Source: Myxococcota bacterium (GTDB lineage: Bacteria; Myxococcota_A; UBA9160; UBA4427). Taken from it: DNA of 37,497 nt. The stretch lies in contig JANQSB010000622.1 of assembly GCA_028284295.1 (NCBI GenBank), positions 1 through 37,497 of the forward strand, written 5' to 3'. Of the stretch, positions 1 through 9,751 are shown one piece after another. Each line of letters starts with the position of its first letter. Positions within the stretch are counted from its first letter, which is position 1. The notes beneath the pieces are model-generated. The model was given only the letters and a program-made list of their open reading frames with translations, was not told where the DNA came from and did no database searches. The position numbers and the translations under genes are program-made.

Positions 1-3000
1 ATGATCGCCAAGCTGATCGCGTTCGGGCGCGATCGCGACGAGGCCCTGGCCCGGCTGGCGCGCGGGCTCCGGGGCCTGCAGCTCGTCGTCAAGGGCGGCG
101 CCAGCAACAAGGGGTTCCTGCTGGGCCTGCTCGAGCGCGAGGAGGTGCGGTCGGGCGAGGTCGACGTCGGATGGCTCGACCGCCTGGCAGCGGAGGGGGC
201 GCACCTGCAGGAGCACCACGGCGACATCGCGCTCCTGCAGGCGGCGATCGACGCCTACGACGCCGAGTACGCGGTGGAGCGCGCGCACTTCCATGCGACG
301 GCGGTCCGCGGTCGCCTGCGCCCGCGGCAGGAGGTGGGCGCCTCGGTGGACCTCCGGAAGGCGGGGCACCGCTACCGGCTCGACGTCTGCCGGGTGGCGC
401 CCGATCGCTACCGCGTGGCGCTGGACGGTCAGGTCGTGGAGGTGGAGGTCGAGCGACTGGGAGCGATCGAGCGACGCCTGGTCGCAGGCGGTCGCATCTA
501 CCCGGTGTTGACCCTCGGCGACGGCCTCGAGCAGTTCGTCGAGGTCGACGGTGTCCCCCACCGGCTGTCGCGCGAAGACATCGGCATGGTGCGCTCGCCC
601 GCCCCGGCCGTGGTCCTCTCCGTCGCGGTCGCGGACGGCGACTCGGTCACGCGGGGCGACCGCCTGGCGGTGCTGGAGTCGATGAAGACCGAGCTGACGG
701 TCACGGCGCCCTGCACGGGGCGCGTGCGGGAGGTGCTGGCCACGGCCAACGAGCAGGTGGAGGCCGGGGCGCCGTTGATCCTCATCGAGCCGACGGAGAG
801 CGCCGAGGACGTGGCCTCCGGCGAGCCCATCTCCTTCGAGGCCCTGGCCGGCCGCGAAGGCGAGCCGGATCCCGCGGAGCAGTGCCGGCTCGTGCTGGAC
901 GATCTGCGTCGCTTCGCTCTGGGCTTCGACATCGGCAGCTCGGACGTGGCGCGGCTGCTGAAGGAGCGGGAACGCCTCTCCGACGCGGTGGCCCCCGACG
1001 ATCCGACTCTGCTCCGGGGCGAGGAGGAGATCCTCTCGGTCTTCGCGGACCAGGCGGCCCTGCTGCAACGCACACGGGACCAGCAGGACGGCGGCGACCG
1101 GCGCACGCCCGAGGAGTACCTGCTGCTCTTCCTGCGCACCCTCGACGCCGGCGCCTCGGGGCTCTCCACCGCCTACGTGCAGCGGCTGGAGCGGGCCGTC
1201 TCCCACTACGGCCTCGAGACCCTCGAGCGCTCTCCGGCACTGGAGGAGGTGCTGCTCTGGGTCTGCAAGGCGCACGACCGCATGGACGAGCAGGCGCGCC
1301 TGGTTCTCGCGATCCTCGAACGTCGTCTCGACCACGTCGCACTCCTGGCCGGAAAGGCGGACGACGGCTTCCGGGGCCTGCTGGATCGGATCATCGGTGT
1401 CGCCGGACGGCGCTATCAGGCCGTCGCGGACCTGACCCGGGAGCTTCGCTACCGCTGCTTCGACAGCCCCTTCTTCGATGCCGTGCAGGCGCGCGTCTAC
1501 GAGGAGGCCGAGGGCTGGCTGCAGGAGGCGGCCGCCCCCCGCGACGCGGAGACGCGCGAGCAGAGCATCCGGAACCTGGTGGAGTGCACCCAGCCCCTGG
1601 CGCCGATGCTCTCGGTTCGCATGGACGGAGCCCTTCGCCACGAGCGCGATGTGGCCGTCGAGACGCTGCTGCGGCGCTACTACCGGATCCGCTCCCTGGA
1701 GAAGGTGCGGATCCGCGAGGTCGAGGACCGCAGCTACGCGCTCGGCGAGTACGACCACGACGGGACGCGCATCCACGCCGTCACGACCCACGCGAAGTGG
1801 GGCGGCCTCGGCGAGCTGGGGCCGGGTCTGAGCTCGTTGCTCGAGTCCGTTCCGGAAGAGCACGAGATCGTGGTCGACGTCTACCTGTCCCGCCCCGCGT
1901 CCGGAGATCCGTCCGATGCGGAATCCCTCGCGCGGGCCCTCGAGACCTGGTCCCTCCCGCGGAAGCTGCGCCGGGTCGTGGTGGCCGTCGCGGAGGCCGG
2001 GGCGGGTCGCGGGATGGACGCGATCACCCACTTCTGCTTCCGGCAGGAGGGAGAGGGCTTCCGCGAAGAGCGGGAAGCCTTCGGGCTGCATCCGATGATG
2101 GGGAAGCGGCTGCAGCTCTGGCGCTTGTCGAACTTCGACGTGGAGCGGATGCCTTCCGCGCCGGACGTCTATCTCTTCCACGGAGTCGCACGCGATCATC
2201 CCCGCGACGAGCGCCTGCTGGCCTTCGTGGAGATCCGTGACCTCACGCCGCAGCGCGACGCGGCCGGACACATCACCCGCCTGCCCCATCTGGAGCGGCA
2301 GGTACTCGAGGCGATGGCAGCGATCCGGCTCTTCCAGTCCCATCGCAGCTCGCGCAAGCGGCTGCATTGGAATCGCATCGAGCTGCACGTGTGGCCTCCC
2401 GTGGAGCTCGGCCTCGACCAGCTCCAGGATGTCGCGACCCGCTTCCTGCCCCTCACCGAGGGGCTGGGGCTGCAGAAGATCGTCGCCCAGGCCCGCGTGC
2501 TCGACCGCGAGCGCGGCGAGCTCCACGACTCGATCATCCAGCTGTCGAGTCCCACCGGTCAGGAGGTGGAGATCTCGTTCGCCTCGCCGGCCGAGCGGCC
2601 GATCGCCCCGCTCTCGTCCCTCGAGCAGCGGGTCGTGCGAATGCGTCAGCGCGGGATGGTCCACCCCTTCGAGCTGATCCGCATGCTGACGCCCCCGCGC
2701 GACGGCCGGGTGACCGCCTTCCCGCCGGGCGAGTTCCAGGAGTACGATCTCGATGACGAGAACCAGCTGGTTCCGGTGGAGCGCGAGCCCGGAAAGAACA
2801 CGGCGAACCTCGTCGTCGGCGTGCTCCGCAACTTCACCCCGAAGCACCCGGAGGGCATGACGCGCGTCGTGCTGCTGGGTGACCCCAGTCGGCAGATGGG
2901 AAGCTTCGCCGAGCCGGAGTGCCGTCGCATCATCGCCGCCATCGACCTGGCGGATCAGATGCAGGTGCCGCTCGAGTGGTTCGCGGTCTCCGCCGGAGCG

Positions 3001-4374
3001 AAGATCGCGATGGACAGCGGTACCGAGAACCTCGACTGGACGGCGGCCGCGCTGCGGCGGCTGATCGAGTACACCCAGGCGGGCGGCACCGTGAACGTGG
3101 TCGTCGTAGGGGTGAACGTCGGCGGCCAGTCGTACTGGAACGCCGAGGCGACGATGCTGATGCACACCCGCGGCGTCCTGATCATGACGGCCGACTCCTC
3201 GATGGTGCTCACCGGCAAGCAGGCGCTCGACTATTCGGGCGGTGTCTCCGCCGAGGACAACGTCGGCATCGGTGGCTACGAGAAGGTCATGGGGGTGAAC
3301 GGTGAAGCCCAGTACTGGGCGCGCGACGTGGGCGAGGCCTGTCGCATCCTGCTGCGCTTCTACGAGCACGCCTACGTGGCGCCGGGCGAGTCCTTCTCGC
3401 GTCGCGCCCCGACCCGCGATCCCGCGGACCGCGACGTCTGCAAGCATCCCTACGGAGCTGGTGAGGGCGCGGCGTTCGATCGGGTCGGCGAGATCTGGAG
3501 CCCGACCCACAACCCCGGCCGCCGCAAGACCTTCGCGATCCGGCCGGTGATGCAGGCCACGATCGACCAGGACCACGAGCCCCTCGAGCGCTGGGCCGAC
3601 ATGCGGGAGGCCGAGGTGGCTCTCGTCTGGGACGCGCACATCGGAGGCATTCCGGTGTGCCTGATCGGCATGGAGTCCGAGCCGGTTCCGCGTCTGGGCT
3701 TCGTGCCTGCGGACGGACCCGAGCAGTGGACCTCCGGCACCCTCTTCCCGCTGTCGTCGAAGAAGGTGGCCCGGGCCATCAACGCGGCGAGCGGCAGTCG
3801 CCCGGTGGTGGTGCTGGCCAACCTCTCGGGCTTCGACGGCTCCCCCGAGTCGCTTCGCCGGCTGCAGCTCGAGTACGGCGCCGAGATCGGCCGGGCAGTC
3901 GTCAACTTCGATGGCCCCATCGTGTTCTGCGTCGTGAATCGCTATCACGGCGGGGCCTACGTGGTGTTCTCGCGAAGGCTGAACGAAGGCCTCGAGGTGG
4001 CCGCTCTGGAAGGCTCCTACGCGTCCGTGATCGGCGGCGCGCCCGCGGCGGCGGTGGTCTTCGCGGGTGAGGTGGATCGTCGCACCAAGGAGGATCCCCG
4101 CGTGCTCGAGCTCGGTGCCGAGATCGAGGCCGCGGACGACGCCCGACGCGGGCGGCTCCGGGCCCGCTGGCACGAGCTCTACGACGAGGTCCGCGCGGAG
4201 AAGCAGGGAGAGGTGGCCGACGAGTTCGACCGGGCCCACAGCGTGCAGAGAGCGCGCAGCGTCGGCTCCGTCCACGAGATCGTCGCCCCGTCCCGCTTGC
4301 GCGCGTACCTGATCGAGGCGCTCGAACGAGGCCTCGCCCGGCGCACGGGCCAAGGCGATCCGGGAGCCGCGTGA
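1..4374 (+). CDS. Single-chain multidomain acetyl/acyl-CoA carboxylase (BC C-terminus - BT - BCCP - central domain - CT), 5'-truncated by the window edge
   Basis: Starts inside the biotin-carboxylase C-terminal motif (MIAKLIAFGRDRDEALARL...SNKGFL). Biotinyl-Lys motif LESMKTE near nt 673-693. Carboxyltransferase motifs SAGAKIAMDSG, LANLSGFDGS, YHGGAYVV and SVIGGAPAA. A long central region separates BCCP and CT. Confidence 0.93.
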   Translation: MIAKLIAFGRDRDEALARLARGLRGLQLVVKGGASNKGFLLGLLEREEVRSGEVDVGWLDRLAAEGAHLQEHHGDIALLQAAIDAYDAEYAVERAHFHATAVRGRLRPRQEVGASVDLRKAGHRYRLDVCRVAPDRYRVALDGQVVEVEVERLGAIERRLVAGGRIYPVLTLGDGLEQFVEVDGVPHRLSREDIGMVRSPAPAVVLSVAVADGDSVTRGDRLAVLESMKTELTVTAPCTGRVREVLATANEQVEAGAPLILIEPTESAEDVASGEPISFEALAGREGEPDPAEQCRLVLDDLRRFALGFDIGSSDVARLLKERERLSDAVAPDDPTLLRGEEEILSVFADQAALLQRTRDQQDGGDRRTPEEYLLLFLRTLDAGASGLSTAYVQRLERAVSHYGLETLERSPALEEVLLWVCKAHDRMDEQARLVLAILERRLDHVALLAGKADDGFRGLLDRIIGVAGRRYQAVADLTRELRYRCFDSPFFDAVQARVYEEAEGWLQEAAAPRDAETREQSIRNLVECTQPLAPMLSVRMDGALRHERDVAVETLLRRYYRIRSLEKVRIREVEDRSYALGEYDHDGTRIHAVTTHAKWGGLGELGPGLSSLLESVPEEHEIVVDVYLSRPASGDPSDAESLARALETWSLPRKLRRVVVAVAEAGAGRGMDAITHFCFRQEGEGFREEREAFGLHPMMGKRLQLWRLSNFDVERMPSAPDVYLFHGVARDHPRDERLLAFVEIRDLTPQRDAAGHITRLPHLERQVLEAMAAIRLFQSHRSSRKRLHWNRIELHVWPPVELGLDQLQDVATRFLPLTEGLGLQKIVAQARVLDRERGELHDSIIQLSSPTGQEVEISFASPAERPIAPLSSLEQRVVRMRQRGMVHPFELIRMLTPPRDGRVTAFPPGEFQEYDLDDENQLVPVEREPGKNTANLVVGVLRNFTPKHPEGMTRVVLLGDPSRQMGSFAEPECRRIIAAIDLADQMQVPLEWFAVSAGAKIAMDSGTENLDWTAAALRRLIEYTQAGGTVNVVVVGVNVGGQSYWNAEATMLMHTRGVLIMTADSSMVLTGKQALDYSGGVSAEDNVGIGGYEKVMGVNGEAQYWARDVGEACRILLRFYEHAYVAPGESFSRRAPTRDPADRDVCKHPYGAGEGAAFDRVGEIWSPTHNPGRRKTFAIRPVMQATIDQDHEPLERWADMREAEVALVWDAHIGGIPVCLIGMESEPVPRLGFVPADGPEQWTSGTLFPLSSKKVARAINAASGSRPVVVLANLSGFDGSPESLRRLQLEYGAEIGRAVVNFDGPIVFCVVNRYHGGAYVVFSRRLNEGLEVAALEGSYASVIGGAPAAAVVFAGEVDRRTKEDPRVLELGAEIEAADDARRGRLRARWHELYDEVRAEKQGEVADEFDRAHSVQRARSVGSVHEIVAPSRLRAYLIEALERGLARRTGQGDPGAA

Positions 4375-5054
4375 GGCCCGGCCTGACCTTCGAGGTCCCG
4401 CGCTCGCTGCCACGCGAGACCACCTGGTTGTCGAAGGGCGAGCGGGCCCGCCTCGCGTCGATGCGCTTTCCGCGCCGTCGACACGACTTCCGGCTGGGGC
4501 GCTGGACGGCGAAGCGGGCCCTGGCACGCCGCTTCGGCCTGTCGGAGAGCCTGCCGTCGCTCGGGGAGATCGAGATCCGCGCCGGCGAGCGCGGTGCACC
4601 GCGAGCCTTCCTCGGCGGTGAAGCGATGGACTGCGACGTCTCGCTCAGCCACCGCCAGGGCGCGGTGTTGTTCGCGATCGGGCCCCGCGGCTCGCGGGTG
4701 GGCTGTGACGTCGAGTGGATCGAGGAACGAAGCCAGGCGTTCGTGGCGACCTTCCTTTCCGCTGCCGAGCGCCGCTGGCTGTCCGGTCTGTCGCCCGCGG
4801 CACGATCCGGTGGTGCCAATCTCCTGTGGAGTGCGAAGGAGAGCGCCTTGAAGGCGCTCGGAACGGGCCTCGACGTCGATCTGCGACAGGTCGAGGTGCG
4901 ACTGTCGGAGGACGCGGGACAGGGTGTTCGCGTGGTGATTCCGTGTCGCGGCGAATCCCTCTCGGGGTGCTGGGGTCAGCAGGGAGATTGGCTGTGGACA
5001 CTGGCCAGTCCGGTTCCCCTGGAAGTTCCGACGATGCCGATGTCGGCCAGGTGA
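4371..5054 (+). CDS. Sfp-type 4'-phosphopantetheinyl transferase
   Basis: Motifs SLSH, VGCDVE and WSAKESALKALG. GTG start overlaps the carboxylase stop (GTGA), indicating translational coupling. Confidence 0.9.
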   Translation: MRPGLTFEVPRSLPRETTWLSKGERARLASMRFPRRRHDFRLGRWTAKRALARRFGLSESLPSLGEIEIRAGERGAPRAFLGGEAMDCDVSLSHRQGAVLFAIGPRGSRVGCDVEWIEERSQAFVATFLSAAERRWLSGLSPAARSGGANLLWSAKESALKALGTGLDVDLRQVEVRLSEDAGQGVRVVIPCRGESLSGCWGQQGDWLWTLASPVPLEVPTMPMSAR

Positions 5055-5056
5055 CA
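5041..5056. promoter_or_regulatory. CRP/FNR-family-like box TGTCG-gccagg-TGACA, centred at -41.5 of a leaderless promoter (-10 TAGGAT at 5078-5083)
   Basis: The palindrome extends to CGATGTC...GACATCG. Its centre (5048.5) is 41.5 nt before the ATG at 5090, which lies 6 nt after TAGGAT. Confidence 0.6.
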
Positions 5057-5089
5057 TCGAACGGCGCGTCGCTGGGATAGGATCGATGC

Positions 5090-6379
5090 ATGGGGAATCC
5101 CGATCCCTTCGAGATCGACGGTGAGCTCCACCCCGCGTTCGATGGCGTGGCGAAGTGTCTGAAGGAGCAGCTCCAGTCGAGTCCGGGTGGCGCTGCGGTC
5201 TGCGTCTACCACCGCGGCCAACGGGTCGTCGACATCTGGGGTGGCTCGCGCGACGCTCGTCAAAGGCCCTGGCGATCCGACACCATGGCCCCGAGCTTCT
5301 CGACCACCAAGGGCGTGGCGTCGACGCTGCTCCACATGATGGTCGATCGCGGTCTGCTCGACTACGACGATCGCGTCTGCGAGCACTGGCCGGAGTTCGC
5401 GCAGGCGGGCAAGGAGGAGATCACCGTCCGCCACGTCCTGGCCCACCAGTCCGGGCTCTACCACATCCGGCAGATGATCGATCGGGCGGATCGCATGCTG
5501 GACTGGGAGTACATGGTCCGCGCGATCGAGCGCGCCGAGCCCCTCCACCCGCCCGGAACCCGAACGGGCTACCACGGGCTCACCTTCGGCTACCTGGTGG
5601 GCGAGATCCTGGCCCGGGTGACCGGGACGCCCTTCGCCATGCTGGTCCGCAAGGAGCTGGCGGACCCGCTCGGTCTCGACGGTCTCTACATCGGTGCACC
5701 CCGGGAGGTGCTCGATCGGGCGGCGGAGCTGATCTGGCCGAAGCGGAACATCCTGACGCCCGTACTGCCCTTCGGCATGACGAAGCCGCTGCTCCGGGTC
5801 TTCTCGCCGGTGGTGCGGGAGGCGACGCGCCTGCTCGGTGCCCGGCTCGACATCGAGAGCATCATCGACTCCCTGGCGCCGCGCGGGATCGGGCACTTCG
5901 ACTTCAGCGCGAACGCGACGCTCCAGGCGTCGATCCCCGCCGCGAACGGCCTCTTCACCGCGCGCTCCCTCGCCAAGGTCTATGCGGCGTTGGCGGGTCG
6001 CGGCGAGGTCGACGGTGTCCGTCTGCTCTCCGAGGCGACCCTGCGAGCGGCGACGACCCGACAGCGCGGCGGAAGTGACGGGCTCACGGTGATTCCCTTC
6101 GACATGCGCTGGCGGCTCGGCTACCACGGCGTCTTCACGACGATCGGCAGTCCGAGGCACGCGTTCGGGCACTTCGGGTTCGGAGGCTCCGGGGGCTGGG
6201 CGGACCCGAGCCGTGAGCTCTCCGTCGCCCTGATCGTCAATTCGGGGATCGGAACCCCCTTCGGCGACGTCCGCATCGCGCGACTCAGCGCGGCGGTCCT
6301 GCGTTCGGTCGACGCGCGACCGCGTGCGCCCCGAACGGCGGGACAGCCCGTCCAGTCCATGGCACTCGCCGGGGGCTGA
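5090..6379 (+). CDS. Serine hydrolase/esterase, beta-lactamase (family VIII esterase) fold
   Basis: SxxK motif FSTTK, LAHQSGL, YHGLTFG and C-terminal GHFGFGGS. No Shine-Dalgarno, so probably leaderless. Confidence 0.9.
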   Translation: MGNPDPFEIDGELHPAFDGVAKCLKEQLQSSPGGAAVCVYHRGQRVVDIWGGSRDARQRPWRSDTMAPSFSTTKGVASTLLHMMVDRGLLDYDDRVCEHWPEFAQAGKEEITVRHVLAHQSGLYHIRQMIDRADRMLDWEYMVRAIERAEPLHPPGTRTGYHGLTFGYLVGEILARVTGTPFAMLVRKELADPLGLDGLYIGAPREVLDRAAELIWPKRNILTPVLPFGMTKPLLRVFSPVVREATRLLGARLDIESIIDSLAPRGIGHFDFSANATLQASIPAANGLFTARSLAKVYAALAGRGEVDGVRLLSEATLRAATTRQRGGSDGLTVIPFDMRWRLGYHGVFTTIGSPRHAFGHFGFGGSGGWADPSRELSVALIVNSGIGTPFGDVRIARLSAAVLRSVDARPRAPRTAGQPVQSMALAGG

Positions 6380-6396
6380 GCCGGGAGGGGACCTGG

Positions 6397-7266
6397 ATGT
6401 CCGTGGGGAGCATGTGTCGCAGGCCGGCGCGCACGGCCAGCCCACGAGACACGGCCCAGAGCGCTGCGCGCCGGATGGGTGCGGAGCGCGTCGGGGCGCT
6501 CGTGTTGGTCGAGCGGGAGCGACCGGTGGGCATCGTCACCGACCGCGACCTGGCGCTGCGGGTCGTCGGCGAGGGCCATGCAGCCTCCTCGATCCGGGTG
6601 AAAGAGGTGGCGACGCCGTCGCCGGCCGTTCTGGGCGAAGAGGCGTCCCTGCAGCAGGCTGCCCAGGAGATGCGCGCGGCACCGGCGCGCCGCATCCCGG
6701 TGGTGGACGATCGGGGGCATGTCGTCGGCATTCTGGCGGCGGACGACCTGGTGCGTCTCGCGGCGCGAGAGCTCTCGGCGCTGGCCGAGGTCGCTTCCGA
6801 GCAGTCGCCCCGCGGCCGGCCGGTGGCCGCAAAGGGACTCGACGCGGTGCGCGAGGCGAACCACTACGCGAAGCCGGTCGAGACGGTGGGGCTGGAGGTG
6901 CCGGTGCGCGCGGTGGCCGAACGGATGCGATCGAAGCAGATCGGCTGCGTGATCGTCGTCGACGACTCCGGACTTCCGAGCGGAATCGTCACCGACCGCG
7001 ATCTCACGCGTCGTGTCGTGGGGGAAGACCGCGATCCGAACACCACGGCGGTCGTGGAGGTGATGAGCCGCTCGCTGCTCTGTCTGGATGCGGGTGAGCC
7101 CCTGCAGCGCGTCGTGGAGGCCATGAGCGAGATCGGCGTTCGCAGGATCCCCGTGCTCCGTGACGGGGCGCTCGCCGGGATCGTCACCTACGACGACGTC
7201 CTCGTCGCTCTCGGGAGCGAGTTGCATGCGCTCGGTGAGTCGGCGCGGAGCGCGATCGTCGGCTGA
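6397..7266 (+). CDS. Stand-alone CBS-domain protein (two CBS pairs)
   Basis: Repeated motifs GIVTDRDL (twice), RRIPV (twice), GILAADDL and GIVTYDDV. GGAGG SD upstream. Confidence 0.9.
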   Translation: MSVGSMCRRPARTASPRDTAQSAARRMGAERVGALVLVERERPVGIVTDRDLALRVVGEGHAASSIRVKEVATPSPAVLGEEASLQQAAQEMRAAPARRIPVVDDRGHVVGILAADDLVRLAARELSALAEVASEQSPRGRPVAAKGLDAVREANHYAKPVETVGLEVPVRAVAERMRSKQIGCVIVVDDSGLPSGIVTDRDLTRRVVGEDRDPNTTAVVEVMSRSLLCLDAGEPLQRVVEAMSEIGVRRIPVLRDGALAGIVTYDDVLVALGSELHALGESARSAIVG

Positions 7267-7282
7267 GGGCGCGGCCCGCCGC

Positions 7283-9730
7283 TCAGGGGATCGGGCGCAG
7301 CTTCCAGATCCGCTGCGCGTACTCCTCGATGGCGCGATCGGAGGAGAAGGCACCCATCCGCGCGATGTTGAGTCCGGCGCGGCGCGTCCAGGCGTCGTGA
7401 TCGTGGAAGTCCGTCGAGACCTGCTCCTGGGTCTGCCGGTACGACTCGAAGTCCGCGAGCACGCTGTAGGGATCGCAGTCGTCGAAGAGGTGGCGCAGCA
7501 GCGGGGCGAAGAGATCCGGCTGCTGGGGGCTGAAACGGTTGCTGCTCAAGGCCTCGACCACGCGCGCCAGGGCCGGGCTCTCGCGCACGAAGGCGTGCGG
7601 GTCGTAGCTCGGCCGGAGCTCGCGCACCTCGTGGGCGCCGAGGCCGAAGATGTAGAGGTTCTCGGGGCCCACCGCCTCCAGGATCTCGATGTTGGCGCCG
7701 TCGAGGGTTCCGATGGTGATTGCCCCGTTGAGCGCCAGCTTCATGTTGCCCGTTCCCGAGGCCTCGAAGCCGGCCGTCGAGATCTGCTCGGAGAGATCCG
7801 CGGCGGGCACGATCACCTCGGCCCGTGAGACACAGTAGTCGGGTACGAAGACCACCTGCAGCTGCTCGCGCGCTCGCGGCTCGTCGCTCACTCGCCGACC
7901 CACGGCGATCAGGAGCTGGATCACCAGCTTGGCGAGGAAGTAGCTGGGCGCCGCCTTGCCGGCGAAGATGCAGCTGCGGGGAGCTTCGAGCTGTTCCCCG
8001 TCGTCGATCACGCGCAGGTAGAGATGGATGGAGTGGAGCGCCGCGAGGAGCTGGCGCTTGTAGAGGTGGATCCGCTTGACCTGCACGTCGAAGAGGGAGT
8101 CGGGGTCGAGCCCGACTCCCGTCGTTTCTCGCACGAGCTTCTCGAGCCGGACCTTGTTGGAGCGCTTGACCCGGGAGAGCTCCTCCCGGAAGGCGGGGTC
8201 TTCGACGGCCGGCTCGAGCTCCGAGAGCTCCTCCATGTCGCGGATCCACCCGGTGCCGATCCGCTTCGTGACGAGCTCCGCCAGCTCGGGATTCGCCTGG
8301 AGGAGCCAGCGTCGAGGGCTGATCCCGTTGGTGACGTTCTGGAAGTCGTCGGGCCGCAGCTCGGCGAAGTCGGGGGCGAGCAGGGAGCGCACCAGGTCGG
8401 AGTGCAGTTCGGAGACGCCGTTGATGGTGTGGCTTCCGATGATGGCCAGGTTCGCCATGCGGATTCGCTGGGGCTGGCTCTCCTCCACCATCGACATGCG
8501 CCGGACACGGGAGAGGTCGTTTCCGAAGCGCGAGCGGATGGAGCCGAGGAAGCGCTCGTTGAGCTCCTCGATGATCTGGAGGTGTCTCGGGACGACCCGG
8601 GCGAGCAGGGGCCGTGAATAGCTCTCGAGGGCTTCGGGAAGCAGCGTATGCGTGGTGTATCCGAGCATCTCCCGGGTGAGCTCCGCAGCGCGCTCGAAGT
8701 CGAGCCCTCGTTCGTCCACGAAGAAGCGGATCAGCTCCGGGACGGCGAGCGCCGGGTGCGTGTCGTTGAGCTGGATGGCGACGCGGGAGGGAAGGGCGTC
8801 GAGATCGGCGTGCTCGTCCATGTAGCGACGCATCAGGTCCCGAATCGCGCAGGCGACGAAGAAGTACTCCTGCAGCAGGCGCAGCTCGCGCCCGGCTTCG
8901 GTGGAGTTGGAGGGATACAGGAGCTTCGAGATCCGCTCCGTGGCGATCTTCCGCTCGAAGGCTCGCAGGTAGTCGCCGGAGTTGAAGAGATCGACGTCCA
9001 TCTCCGCGGCGGTCTCGGCGTTGTAGAGCCGAAGCCAGTTCACCGTCCGTCCGCCATAGCCGATGACCGGAAGATCGTGGGGAACGCCGATCATCACGCT
9101 GAAGTCGACCCAGGCGCCGGGCCCGCCGTCGGCGGGGCGTCCGTCGACGCGACCGTAGACCGGTACCGGGACGGCGCGCTCGGGCCGGGGGATGAGCCAG
9201 GGCGATCCGAGCCGACGCCAGGCGTCGGGCCTCTCCTCCTGGGCGCCGTTCGCGATGACCTGGCGGAAGAGGCCGTATTCGTAGTTGATGCCGTAGCCGA
9301 AGCCCGCGTAGTCGCGCGTCGCGAGGGAGTCGAGGAAGCAGGCCGCCAGGCGACCGAGGCCACCGTTGCCCAGCCCGGCGTCGGGCTCGGCCACGATCAG
9401 GGCGTCGAGATCGCATCCGAGCGTGCCCAGCGCCTCCCGCACGGGCTCCAATGCGATGAGGTTGCGAAGCGAGGACTCGAGGCTGCGCCCCAGCAGGAAC
9501 TCGAGGGAGAGGTAGTAGAGCCGCTTGGAGTCGTGCTCCCGGATCCGGTCTTCGGTGGCGAGCATGCGATCCACGGCCCAGCCCCGGCACACCGTCGACG
9601 CGGCGACGAGCAGATCGTGCGTGGTGGCGTCGTCGAAGGACTTGCCGCTTCCGTAGCGGACCTGCCGTCGCACGTCCTCGGCGAACTCGCCGGCCTCGAG
9701 CGCTCCCGTCTCCTCGGGCGTCAGGTTCAT
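7283..9730 (-). CDS. glgP: Glycogen/starch phosphorylase (GT35)
   Basis: GLGNGGLGRLAACFLDS, QLNDTHP, QVKRIHLYKRQLL and the PLP-Lys motif EASGTGNMK. Confidence 0.97.
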   Translation of the reverse strand: MNLTPEETGALEAGEFAEDVRRQVRYGSGKSFDDATTHDLLVAASTVCRGWAVDRMLATEDRIREHDSKRLYYLSLEFLLGRSLESSLRNLIALEPVREALGTLGCDLDALIVAEPDAGLGNGGLGRLAACFLDSLATRDYAGFGYGINYEYGLFRQVIANGAQEERPDAWRRLGSPWLIPRPERAVPVPVYGRVDGRPADGGPGAWVDFSVMIGVPHDLPVIGYGGRTVNWLRLYNAETAAEMDVDLFNSGDYLRAFERKIATERISKLLYPSNSTEAGRELRLLQEYFFVACAIRDLMRRYMDEHADLDALPSRVAIQLNDTHPALAVPELIRFFVDERGLDFERAAELTREMLGYTTHTLLPEALESYSRPLLARVVPRHLQIIEELNERFLGSIRSRFGNDLSRVRRMSMVEESQPQRIRMANLAIIGSHTINGVSELHSDLVRSLLAPDFAELRPDDFQNVTNGISPRRWLLQANPELAELVTKRIGTGWIRDMEELSELEPAVEDPAFREELSRVKRSNKVRLEKLVRETTGVGLDPDSLFDVQVKRIHLYKRQLLAALHSIHLYLRVIDDGEQLEAPRSCIFAGKAAPSYFLAKLVIQLLIAVGRRVSDEPRAREQLQVVFVPDYCVSRAEVIVPAADLSEQISTAGFEASGTGNMKLALNGAITIGTLDGANIEILEAVGPENLYIFGLGAHEVRELRPSYDPHAFVRESPALARVVEALSSNRFSPQQPDLFAPLLRHLFDDCDPYSVLADFESYRQTQEQVSTDFHDHDAWTRRAGLNIARMGAFSSDRAIEEYAQRIWKLRPIP

Positions 9731-9751
9731 GCTCTCCCCCCGGCGCCGAGT

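Noticed and set aside
5090-6379. Beta-lactam resistance gene
   Set aside because: No signal peptide, and the motifs fit cytoplasmic family VIII esterases.
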